A stretch of 64,000 bases of DNA. It comes from Vulcanimicrobiota bacterium. GTDB lineage: Bacteria; Vulcanimicrobiota; Vulcanimicrobiia; Vulcanimicrobiales; Vulcanimicrobiaceae. Position 1 is the first letter of the stretch; every line of letters starts with the position of its first letter. The DNA lies in NCBI GenBank assembly GCA_019235995.1, contig JAFAJV010000078.1, forward strand, positions 108,372 through 172,371, in the 5' to 3' direction. A model generated the notes under the pieces. The model worked only from the letters and a program-made list of their open reading frames with translations, was not told the DNA's origin and did not search any database. The translations under genes and the position numbers were made by a program. Shown here piece by piece: positions 55,960 to 64,000 of the stretch.

Positions 55960-57123
55960 TCAGGCTCGCCCGACGAGATTGCGCGAGATGACGAGGCGCT
56001 GAATTTGCTGCGTGCCCTCGTAGATCTGCGTTATCTTTGCGTCACGCATCATGCGTTCGACCGGATAGTCGGCCGAGTACCCGAAGCCGCCGAGCACTTG
56101 AACGGCATCCGTCGTTACCGACATGGCGACGTCGCCGCACTTCAGCTTCGCCATGGCGGCCCAGAGCGTGACGTCCGGCGTCCCGGCGTCGCAGCGGCGT
56201 GCCGCCTCATACAGTACTAACCGCGCCGCCTCGACCTCCGTCTTCATGTCGGCGAGCATGAATCCGACGCCCTGATGCTGACCGATTGGCTTACCGAAAG
56301 CGATGCGCTCCTTAGCGTAATTCGTAGCGTATTCGAGCGCGCCGGCCGCGATGCCGAGGGCCTGCGCCGCGATGCCGGGCCGAGACTTGTCGAGCACCTT
56401 CATCGCGATCTTGAAGCCTTCGCCCTCGGCCCCGAGGCGATTTGCCGCCGGGACCTCGCAGTCTTCGAAGACGAGCTCGACCGTGGGAGAGCCCCGAATG
56501 CCCATCTTTTTCTCGACGTTCCCGACCGAGAAGCCGGGCGTGCCCTTTTCGATCACAAATGCGGTGACGCCGCGCGAGCCCGCCGTCGGATCGGTGACGG
56601 CGAAAACGCACACGACGTCTGCCACGCTTCCGTTCGTAATCCAAATCTTCTGTCCGTTGAGCACGTAGGCGTCGCCGCGCTTTTCCGCGCGCGTCCGCAT
56701 GGAACCGAGCGCGTCTGAACCGCTCGACACCTCGGTGAGCGCGTAGGCCACGAGATGCTCGCCCGAGGCGATCTTCGGAAGGAAGCGGTGTTTTTGCTCG
56801 TCGTTGCCGCCGATGACGATCGGCAGCATGCCGAGCTCCTGTACGGCGACGATCAATGCGCTCGAGGCGCACGCCTTCGCGATCTCCTCCACGACCTTCA
56901 CGTAGGTGAGGAACGTTCCGCCCAAGCCGCCGTAATCGGCGGGGATCGGAATGCCGAGCAGGTCGTTCTGCGCGAACAGCTCCTTCACGTCCCAGGGGAA
57001 CTCGCCGGCGGCGTCGATCTCGGCGGCGCGCGGCGCGACTTTCTCGGCAACCAGCTCGCGGACGACCGCGAGAATCATTGCCTCTTCGTCGGATGAATCG
57101 ATCTCGGTCGGTGCCGTCGTCAT
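55960..57123 (-). CDS. Acyl-CoA dehydrogenase
   Basis: LTEVSSGSDA and YPVERMMRDAKITQIYEGTQQIQ motifs. Start trimmed to ATG 57123. Confidence 0.9.
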   Translation of the reverse strand: MTTAPTEIDSSDEEAMILAVVRELVAEKVAPRAAEIDAAGEFPWDVKELFAQNDLLGIPIPADYGGLGGTFLTYVKVVEEIAKACASSALIVAVQELGMLPIVIGGNDEQKHRFLPKIASGEHLVAYALTEVSSGSDALGSMRTRAEKRGDAYVLNGQKIWITNGSVADVVCVFAVTDPTAGSRGVTAFVIEKGTPGFSVGNVEKKMGIRGSPTVELVFEDCEVPAANRLGAEGEGFKIAMKVLDKSRPGIAAQALGIAAGALEYATNYAKERIAFGKPIGQHQGVGFMLADMKTEVEAARLVLYEAARRCDAGTPDVTLWAAMAKLKCGDVAMSVTTDAVQVLGGFGYSADYPVERMMRDAKITQIYEGTQQIQRLVISRNLVGRA

Positions 57124-57176
57124 GACGCGAACGTTTCCACGGAGGCGGCGCTCGTTCCGTCGGCGCATTAGGGCTC

Positions 57177-57932
57177 ATGGAGAAGGTCTACGCCTCCTGC
57201 GCGGAGGCGGTCGCAGATATTCCCAATGGAGCCTCGATCGCGGTCGGCGGCTTCGGGCTCAACGGGATTCCGCACAATCTGATCGAGGCGCTGCTGGAGC
57301 AGGGAGCCACGGACCTGGTCACCGTTTCGAATAACTGCGGGATCGACGGCTGGGGCCTGGGCGTGCTGCTCGACCACAAGCGGATACGGCGGACCACCGG
57401 CTCGTACGTGGGCGAAAACCGAGAGTTCGAGCGGCAATACCTGCATGGGGAGCTCGAGGTCGAGCTCGTCCCGCAGGGAACGCTCGCCGAGCGCCTGCGT
57501 GCAGGCGGTTGTGGGATCCCGGCCTTCTACACGCCGGCCGGCGACGGCACGCTGATCGCGGAGGGCGGATTGCCCTGGCGTCACACGCCGGACGGCGGCG
57601 TCGCGATTGCGTCGCCTAAGAAAGGGACGCGCGTCTTCAACGGGCGAGAGTACGTGCTCGAGACGGGGATCGTTTGCGATTACGCGCTCGTGCGCGGGTC
57701 GGTCGGAGATCGCACCGGCAACTTGCTCTTTCATAAGGCGACCCGCAACTTCAACCCGCTCTGTGCGATGGCGGGCCGGATCACCATCGCCGAGGTCGAG
57801 GAGCTCGTCGAACCGGGCACGATCGATCCCGAGACCGTGCACCTGCCCGGCGTGTTCGTGCAGCGCATCGTGCTCGTCGGAGCGCAGGGCAAGCGCATCG
57901 AGCGCATCACGACCAGAAAGCGACGCGGATAG
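57177..57932 (+). CDS. scoA: 3-oxoacid CoA-transferase subunit A
   Basis: [13 protein letters not shown] and [10 protein letters not shown] motifs. Confidence 0.9.
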   Translation: MEKVYASCAEAVADIPNGASIAVGGFGLNGIPHNLIEALLEQGATDLVTVSNNCGIDGWGLGVLLDHKRIRRTTGSYVGENREFERQYLHGELEVELVPQGTLAERLRAGGCGIPAFYTPAGDGTLIAEGGLPWRHTPDGGVAIASPKKGTRVFNGREYVLETGIVCDYALVRGSVGDRTGNLLFHKATRNFNPLCAMAGRITIAEVEELVEPGTIDPETVHLPGVFVQRIVLVGAQGKRIERITTRKRRG

Positions 57933-58597
57933 TGGCGTTGACGCGAACGCAGCTGGCGGCGCGCGTCGCGCAGGAGCTGCGCGACGGGCAGTACGTGAAT
58001 CTCGGGATTGGCTTGCCGACGCTCGTTCCGAACTACGTTCCGCCGGACGTGACGGTGACGCTGCAGAGCGAGAACGGCATCCTCGGCATGGGGCCGTACC
58101 CGTACGAAGGAGAGGAAGATCCAGATCTCATCAACGCCGGTAAGGAGACGGTCACCGTGCTTCCCGGTGCGTCGTTCTTCGATTCGGCGCTCTCGTTCGG
58201 GATGATTCGCGGCGGCCACATCGATCTGGCGGTGTTGGGCGCGATGCAGGTCTCGGAGGACGGGGACCTCGCGAACTGGATGATTCCGGGAAAGATGGTC
58301 AAAGGAATGGGCGGCGCGATGGACCTCGTGCATGGGGCGAAGCGCGTGATCGTCATGATGGAGCACGTCGCCAAGGGCAACGCCCACAAGATCGTCCGCA
58401 AGTGCTCTCTTCCGCTCACCGGTCGTCGCGTCGTCCATCGGATCATCACCGACCTCGGCACGATCGACGTCGGCGACGGGCTGATCCTGCGCGAGCTCGC
58501 CCCGGGCGTCACGGTCGAGCAGATCGCCGCGGCAACGGAGCCGAAGCTGCACGTCCCGGTCGCCCCGATGACAATGGAAATCCCAGAGGGAGTATAA
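57932..58597 (+). CDS. scoB: 3-oxoacid CoA-transferase subunit B
   Basis: [12 protein letters not shown] and catalytic Glu context [11 protein letters not shown]. Confidence 0.9.
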   Translation: MALTRTQLAARVAQELRDGQYVNLGIGLPTLVPNYVPPDVTVTLQSENGILGMGPYPYEGEEDPDLINAGKETVTVLPGASFFDSALSFGMIRGGHIDLAVLGAMQVSEDGDLANWMIPGKMVKGMGGAMDLVHGAKRVIVMMEHVAKGNAHKIVRKCSLPLTGRRVVHRIITDLGTIDVGDGLILRELAPGVTVEQIAAATEPKLHVPVAPMTMEIPEGV

Positions 58598-58638
58598 CTA
58601 TCTGTTTATCATCTCTTGCTACGGAGGTAACCGCTAAT

Positions 58639-58896
58639 ATGTATGTTTCCAAGCTAAGATTAGGCGTGTTCGCCCTGATCTTCGCGGTCTTCTTCGGGTT
58701 CGTCGGGGCCGGCGTGACGCTGGCGCAGCAGTACCAAAGCCACATGGCGCAGGCGCGTACGTATCTGAACTCGGCGCTCAACGAGCTCTACGCGGCGAAT
58801 GCCAACAAGGGCGGACATCGCGTGAACGCGATCAACTACGTAAAAGAGGCGATCAACGAAGTCAACCTCGGAATCAAATACGCAAACAGCCCGTAG
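58639..58896 (+). CDS. Small secreted/membrane-anchored protein (85 aa)
   Basis: GGAGG RBS 10 nt upstream of the ATG. Hydrophobic N-terminus LGVFALIFAVFFGFVGAGV. Confidence 0.6.
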   Translation: MYVSKLRLGVFALIFAVFFGFVGAGVTLAQQYQSHMAQARTYLNSALNELYAANANKGGHRVNAINYVKEAINEVNLGIKYANSP

Positions 58897-58907
58897 CGCT
58901 TTTAGCG

Positions 58908-60713
58908 TTACGCGGATAGGGGTTTGAACTGCGTGCGATAGAGTCGGGCGTAGAGGCCGCCGCGCGCGAGCAACGTCGCGTGGCGGCCGGACTCGACGAT
59001 CCGGCCCCGGTCGACGACGAAGATGACGTCGGCGGCCAGCACGGTTGAGAGCCGATGCGCGATCACGAGGCTGGTGCGCCCACGCATCACGACCTCGAGG
59101 GCCTTCTGAATCGCCGCCTCGCTCTCGTAGTCCAGCGAGCTCGTCGCCTCGTCGAGGATGAGAATGCGCGGGTCCTTGAGCAGCACGCGCGCGATCGCCA
59201 AGCGCTGACGCTCTCCTCCCGAGAGCTTGTGTCCGCGCTCGCCGACGACCGTCTCGTAGCCGGCGGGGAGCGATGCGATGAAGTCGGCGATGTTGGCCGC
59301 GCGCGCCGCCGCATCGATCTCCGGTTCGGTTGCATCGGGTTTGCCGTAGCGCAGATTGTTCGCGACGGTGTCGTGGAAGAGGTAGGTCTCCTGCGTGACG
59401 ATACCGATGTCGCGGCGCAGCGAGTCGAGCGTGACGCCGCGCAGGTCGTGGCCGTCGACGCGCACGCTGCCGTGCTGCGGGTCGTAGAAGCGCGGCACGA
59501 GCGAGGTGATCGTCGTCTTGCCGGCCCCCGACGGGCCCACGAACGCGGCTACCTCGCCGGGACGCACGTGGAACGTGACGCCGTCGAGCACGTTGCGTGA
59601 GCCGTCGTAGGAGAAGACGACGCTGTCGAAGCGGATGTCGCCGGTAACCTCCGGCAGCGCGACGGCGCCGGGCGGCTCGTACTCCTCCGTTTTCATGTCG
59701 AGGTAGTCGAAGATGCGCTCGAAGACCGCGAGCGCGCTCACGATCTGCACCTGGATCCCGGCGAGGGTGGCCGCCGGCCCGTAGAGCCGGCCTTGAATGA
59801 ACGAGACGAACGCGACGATGACGCCGACCTTCAGCGTCGAGGCGATGGCGAGCCATCCGCCGCCGAACCACACGAGCGCTGGACCCACGACGACCATCGC
59901 GGTGACCGATGCGATGAACCAGCGGCCGACCATCGCGAGGTCGATCTCGAGCTGCATGAGCCGAGTCCCGGTGCGGTAGAAGCGCGAACGCTCGTACGCC
60001 TCGCGCGCGAACGACTTGATGAGCGTAATACCGGAGATCGAGAGCGTCTCTTGCGTGATCGACTCGATCTCGTCGCGCTTCTCGCGCGTCCGCTTGCGAA
60101 TCTCGTACATGCGCCGCCCGACCGGACCGAGCGGGAGGACCATCAGCGGCACGATGACCACTGAAATCAGGGCGAGGCGCCAGTCCCACACGAACATTGC
60201 GACGAGGGTTGTGCCGATGAGCACGACGTTGGTGACGATCGTCGTCAGCGTGCCCGTAACGACGTTGTCGACGTTGTCCACGTCGTTGCTGACACGGTTC
60301 ATGATCTCGCCGGTCTTCGTACCGGTGAAGAAGTCGAGCGGCATGCGGTGCAGATGCGCGACCAGACTCGTCCGAATGTCGCGCATGATTCCTTCGCCGA
60401 CGACGGAGTTCAGGAACCCCTGCAGCACTCCGATCGCCGCGGCCAGCAGCGCCGAGCCGAGGATGACCGCGACGTCGATGCCCAGTGCCGTGAGGTTACG
60501 CTTCGGGATGGCCGAGTCGATGATGTGCGCCGTGATGAAGCCGGGGACGAGGCCGAGCGCCGCGACGACGACGATGCATGCGAGCACCGTGGCCTGTTGG
60601 CGCCAGTACGGCGCGAACAGGGCCGCCATCCGCCTCCAGTCGACGCGGCGCTTGACTTTGGGTTTATCGGGCTGATAGATGTTTGACCACATCAGCCCGT
60701 GGCCGGCCATCAT
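58908..60713 (-). CDS. ABC exporter, fused permease/ATPase (MsbA-like)
   Basis: Six N-terminal TM helices. Walker A GPSGAGKTT, signature LSGGERQR, Walker B ILILDEATS. Confidence 0.9.
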   Translation of the reverse strand: MMAGHGLMWSNIYQPDKPKVKRRVDWRRMAALFAPYWRQQATVLACIVVVAALGLVPGFITAHIIDSAIPKRNLTALGIDVAVILGSALLAAAIGVLQGFLNSVVGEGIMRDIRTSLVAHLHRMPLDFFTGTKTGEIMNRVSNDVDNVDNVVTGTLTTIVTNVVLIGTTLVAMFVWDWRLALISVVIVPLMVLPLGPVGRRMYEIRKRTREKRDEIESITQETLSISGITLIKSFAREAYERSRFYRTGTRLMQLEIDLAMVGRWFIASVTAMVVVGPALVWFGGGWLAIASTLKVGVIVAFVSFIQGRLYGPAATLAGIQVQIVSALAVFERIFDYLDMKTEEYEPPGAVALPEVTGDIRFDSVVFSYDGSRNVLDGVTFHVRPGEVAAFVGPSGAGKTTITSLVPRFYDPQHGSVRVDGHDLRGVTLDSLRRDIGIVTQETYLFHDTVANNLRYGKPDATEPEIDAAARAANIADFIASLPAGYETVVGERGHKLSGGERQRLAIARVLLKDPRILILDEATSSLDYESEAAIQKALEVVMRGRTSLVIAHRLSTVLAADVIFVVDRGRIVESGRHATLLARGGLYARLYRTQFKPLSA

Positions 60714-60719
60714 CCCGTT

Positions 60720-61088
60720 TTAGTGAGGGACCGTTATCTGGTGGAGCGAGACCTTGTTGCCTTCGAGGTCGGTAAAGGACGCGATCTTGCAGACCGGCGT
60801 CGCGTAGGGGTCCTCGATCTCGATGCCCTTGGCGCGCAGGTCTTTGACGGTATTATCGATGTTGTCGACTTCGAAGACGACGCCTGAGGCGCTTCCCGGG
60901 TCGCGGTCCGCCCACTCCTGCGTGAGCACGCTGAAGTAGCCGCCGCCGACGTTCGCCTCGTTGTATTTCTCGACGCCGTCCTCTTCATACGGGCCGCTGA
61001 ATTTTAGGCCGAGCTTGTCCTCGTACCACTTGCGCAAGCCGGCGACGTCCTTGGCCGGATACGCGGTGAACGCAATCTCTTTAATCAC
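60720..61088 (-). CDS. VOC/glyoxalase family protein
   Basis: About 120-aa beta-alpha-beta-beta-beta pattern; the WYEDKLGL motif is typical of the family. Confidence 0.75.
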   Translation of the reverse strand: MIKEIAFTAYPAKDVAGLRKWYEDKLGLKFSGPYEEDGVEKYNEANVGGGYFSVLTQEWADRDPGSASGVVFEVDNIDNTVKDLRAKGIEIEDPYATPVCKIASFTDLEGNKVSLHQITVPH

Positions 61089-61235
61089 GAAATTTCTCCT
61101 GGAGGGTGATGTGGGGTCTGGGTGCTTCGATAAACCCCGTCGCGTAACCCCAGGTTGCCGAGCTAGGGCAGCCTTGAGCCGCGAGGCCGGTTGCTTCGAA
61201 ACGCCCTACATCTCGAGACGGCCGTCGAATTCCCG

Positions 61236-61646
61236 TTAAGGCTTCTCGCGTTCGGCGAGGTCGAAGGCCTCGCGCAGGAACGGGACCACCGCGCTCAGGT
61301 CCTTTGGTGTTCGAACGAGCGCAACGTGCGAGATACGCTTGCCGTTCGCGCCGCTCTTGACGAAGATCGGACTCCCGACTTTGCGTCCGAGGTGAATCAC
61401 GACGCGCAGCGCGTCGCGCATTACGGTGAGGTCAGCGAAGATCCGCGTCGTGCGGAATAGAGCGTATCGGTCGCGCGTCACGACCTCGACGTCGCCGAAG
61501 CCGCGCACGGTGCGCTCTAGTCTGTGGTAGACGTCGGCGAGCGCCGGCGGCCGATCCCGCAGCACGCCGGCGACGCTGCCGGTGCCGCACGCGTGTCGCT
61601 GATTGGCTTGGCGAAAGGTGCGTTTACAGCGCGGGCACGCCCACAT
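61236..61646 (-). CDS. Hypothetical protein with N-terminal zinc-ribbon-like motif (DUF5655-like by recollection)
   Basis: MWACPRCKRTF...NQRHAC at the N-terminus. Confidence 0.5.
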   Translation of the reverse strand: MWACPRCKRTFRQANQRHACGTGSVAGVLRDRPPALADVYHRLERTVRGFGDVEVVTRDRYALFRTTRIFADLTVMRDALRVVIHLGRKVGSPIFVKSGANGKRISHVALVRTPKDLSAVVPFLREAFDLAEREKP

Positions 61647-61655
61647 CGCCGCGGC

Positions 61656-62657
61656 CTAGGCTTTACCGTTGCGTAGCGCGGAAAGCTCCTTGAAGAGCTT
61701 CTTCTCCTTGTCCGTGAGATTCGCAGGCAGCTGACCGATCAGGCGCACGTACTGATCGCCGCTGCCCTTGCCTTTGACCTGCGGCAATCCGCGGCCGGAA
61801 AGACGGAGCAGCCGATTGTTCTGCGTTCCCGCGGGAATCGTCATCGCGACCTGCCCGCTGAGCGTGGGCACGTTCACCTCGCCGCCGAGGACGAGATCGT
61901 AGATACTGACGGGAAGATCGACGTAGAGGTCGTCGCCCTTGCGCTTGTACGTCGGATCGTCTTGTAGCCTAACGATCAAGTAAAGATCGCCGTTCGGCCC
62001 GCCGTTGAGGCCGGCGCCGCCCTGCCCGGCGAGCCGGATGCGCTGACCCTCGCCGATCCCCTTGGGGATGGTCACCTCGAAGCGTTTGTTGAGCAGCACC
62101 CGCCCGGTGCCGTGGCACACGGGACAGAGATGTCGCTCCACGGTCCCGGTTCCGTGGCAACGCGGGCAGAGATCCTCGATCTGCAGCGACACGGCCTTCG
62201 TGCCGCCTTCGTAGACGTCGTGCAACGTCAGCTCGATCGTCGTTTCGAGATCTTGCCCGCGACGCTCGAATCCCGGACCGGCCGTCTGCCGGCGGCCGAC
62301 TCCCGAGAAGAACGTGTCGAAGAAATCGGAGAAGCCGCTCGGGCCTCCCGGGCCTCCGAGGTCGAACTCGAACTCTTGCCCGTTGACGGTGGTGTGGTAA
62401 CGGCGCTGCTGTTCCGCTTGCTGCGCGGCCTGCTGCCAGTTGGGGCCGAGGACGTCGTACTTCTTGCGCTTCTCCGGATCGCCCAGGACCTCGTAGGCCT
62501 CGGAGATCTCCTTGAACTTCTCCTCCGCCTCCTTGGTGTTCTTGGGGTTGGCATCCGGATGCCACTTGCGCGCCAGCTTGCGATACGCGGACTTGATATC
62601 TTTCTCGGCAGCGTTTTTCGGAACGCCCAAGATCGAATAGTAGTCCTTGAAATTCAT
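61656..62657 (-). CDS. dnaJ: Chaperone DnaJ (reduced zinc-finger region)
   Basis: J-domain DYYSILGV...WHPD. Only two CxxCxGxG repeats ([16 protein letters not shown]). Confidence 0.85.
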   Translation of the reverse strand: MNFKDYYSILGVPKNAAEKDIKSAYRKLARKWHPDANPKNTKEAEEKFKEISEAYEVLGDPEKRKKYDVLGPNWQQAAQQAEQQRRYHTTVNGQEFEFDLGGPGGPSGFSDFFDTFFSGVGRRQTAGPGFERRGQDLETTIELTLHDVYEGGTKAVSLQIEDLCPRCHGTGTVERHLCPVCHGTGRVLLNKRFEVTIPKGIGEGQRIRLAGQGGAGLNGGPNGDLYLIVRLQDDPTYKRKGDDLYVDLPVSIYDLVLGGEVNVPTLSGQVAMTIPAGTQNNRLLRLSGRGLPQVKGKGSGDQYVRLIGQLPANLTDKEKKLFKELSALRNGKA

Positions 62658-63181
62658 TCGCGAGAAGGTTTGGCGACGATGACTTTGGCCGGTCGCAACA
62701 ACTCGTCGCCGAGCGTGTACCCCTTCTGTGTGACCTCGACGACGGTATCCTCGGCTGCTCCGTCGGAGTCGGATGTTCCGATCGCCTCGGCGACACGCGG
62801 ATCGAACGGCTCGCCCTTGATCTCGATGGGCTTGACGCCCTCGCCGGCGAGCACGGCCTCGAATCCTCGCAGCGTCTGTTCCAAGCCTCCGCGCAGGGAG
62901 TCGCCGTCTGCGTTGGATTGCAGCGCGCGTTCGAGGTTGTCGAGCACGGGAAGGATGCGTTCCAACAGCATCCGGCGCCGCGACGCAACTATCGCGTCGA
63001 CGTCGCGCGACAGGCGCTTCTTGAAATTATCGAAGTCCGCCGCCGCCAGCAGAAACTTCTCGTAGTTTTCGTCGGCGCGCGCGGTCGCCGCGGCGAGCTG
63101 CTCCTCGAGGGAGGGCTGCGCCGCGGCGTCTTCGATCTCGGCCTCGCCGGCCTCGGTCTTCAACAGCGGATCGTTCGACAT
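62654..63181 (-). CDS. grpE: Nucleotide exchange factor GrpE
   Basis: NFKKR and [10 protein letters not shown] motifs. Overlaps the dnaJ start. Confidence 0.9.
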   Translation of the reverse strand: MSNDPLLKTEAGEAEIEDAAAQPSLEEQLAAATARADENYEKFLLAAADFDNFKKRLSRDVDAIVASRRRMLLERILPVLDNLERALQSNADGDSLRGGLEQTLRGFEAVLAGEGVKPIEIKGEPFDPRVAEAIGTSDSDGAAEDTVVEVTQKGYTLGDELLRPAKVIVAKPSRE

Positions 63182-63195
63182 CGGCTGGCTCGGCG

Positions 63196-64000
63196 TTACT
63201 TGGCTTCCTTGAACTCCGCGTCGATGACGTCTTCACCGCCCGCGCCGGCCGCCGCGCCGTTGCCGGTCGGCGCCCCGTCGCCCGGGGCCTGTTCGCCCTG
63301 CGGCGATGCGGCCTTGTAGAGCAGCTCGGCCATCTTGTAGCTCGCCTGCTGCAACGCGTCGATCGCCGGTTTGATCTCGGCGACCGTGCCGTTGTCGCTG
63401 ACGCGCTTGAGCTCCGTCAAGGCGCGCTCGACTTCGCCGCGCGCATTCGCGTCGAGCTTGTCGCCGACTTCCTTGAGCGACTTCTCGGTCGAGTAGATCA
63501 GGCTCGACGCGCTGTTACGGACCTCGGCCTCGTCGCGCTTTTGCTTGTCGGCCGCGGCCTGCAGCTCGGCGTCGCGCACCATCTGCTCGACTTCCTCTTT
63601 GCTGAGGTTGGTCGAGGCCGTGATCGTGATCGCCTGTTCCTTGCCCGTGCCGAGGTCCTTGGCGCCGACGTTCACGATGCCGTTCGCATCGATGTTGAAG
63701 GTCACGTCGATCTGGGGCACGCCGCGCGGCGCCGCCGGAATCCCCTCCAGCCGGAAGCGCCCGAGCGTCTTGTTGTCGGCCGCCATCTGGCGTTCGCCTT
63801 GCAGCACGTGGATGTCCACCGAAGTCTGACCGTCCTCGGCCGTGGTGAAGATCTGCGACTTTTTCGTCGGGATCGTCGTATTGCGATCGATCAGCCGCGT
63901 CATGACGCCGCCCAGCGTCTCGAGTCCGAGCGACAGCGGCGTGACGTCGAGCAGCACGACGTCGCGAACCTCGCCCGACAGCACGCCCGCCTGGATCGCC
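63196..64000 (-). CDS. dnaK: Chaperone DnaK (C-terminal part; N-terminus outside window)
   Basis: [43 protein letters not shown]. Frame is open to the window edge. Confidence 0.95.
   Translation of the reverse strand, partial: AIQAGVLSGEVRDVVLLDVTPLSLGLETLGGVMTRLIDRNTTIPTKKSQIFTTAEDGQTSVDIHVLQGERQMAADNKTLGRFRLEGIPAAPRGVPQIDVTFNIDANGIVNVGAKDLGTGKEQAITITASTNLSKEEVEQMVRDAELQAAADKQKRDEAEVRNSASSLIYSTEKSLKEVGDKLDANARGEVERALTELKRVSDNGTVAEIKPAIDALQQASYKMAELLYKAASPQGEQAPGDGAPTGNGAAAGAGGEDVIDAEFKEAK

Overview
GC-rich (by eye about two-thirds G+C), gene-dense chromosomal segment from an unidentified bacterium. I cannot assign a lineage from sequence alone. About 65 protein genes, mostly housekeeping. 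Left to right: pstS (5' partial), NUDIX, scpA-scpB, nfo, CGNR zinc finger-dinB, a nuclease-helicase-GNAT trio, ubiX, two GloVer-repeat lipoproteins flanking a methyltransferase, ispE, a GDE-like glycosidase, pdxS-pdxT, HNH, bioA-bioF-bioD-bioB, an Orn/Lys/Arg decarboxylase, an R3H ATPase, tmk-holB, mtnP, ychF, gdh, an RND pump, lipA-lipB-lpdA, a MocR regulator, nth, mutY, two tandem phosphoesterases, an acyl-CoA dehydrogenase, scoA-scoB, an ABC exporter, and dnaJ-grpE-dnaK (dnaK runs off the right edge). I saw no rRNA, tRNA, CRISPR array, transposase, integrase or prophage. Many long ORFs in the six-frame track are Arg/Ala-rich antisense or out-of-frame artefacts of the high GC content. Many first-start ORFs are also over-extended, so I trimmed starts using conserved N-termini, RBS and gene coupling. 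The best candidate for an uncharacterised system is the gene at 5626..7248. It fuses a SLOG-like (LOG/DprA/YpsA-type) nucleotide-binding domain to two SLATT-like 2TM hairpins and is tightly coupled behind dinB and a CGNR zinc-finger gene. Other points of interest: a hairpin-forming dispersed repeat (GTCATCCTGAG...GTCGAAGGA) that clusters upstream of mtnP, overlaps two start codons and may sit in frame inside lpdA; overlapping divergent consensus promoters with a 45-aa ORF at 3806..4006; a compact PD-(D/E)XK nuclease / UvrD-like helicase / GNAT operon; an RND pump with no adjacent membrane-fusion protein gene; and tandem phosphoesterase paralogues carrying an identical 65-nt tract.
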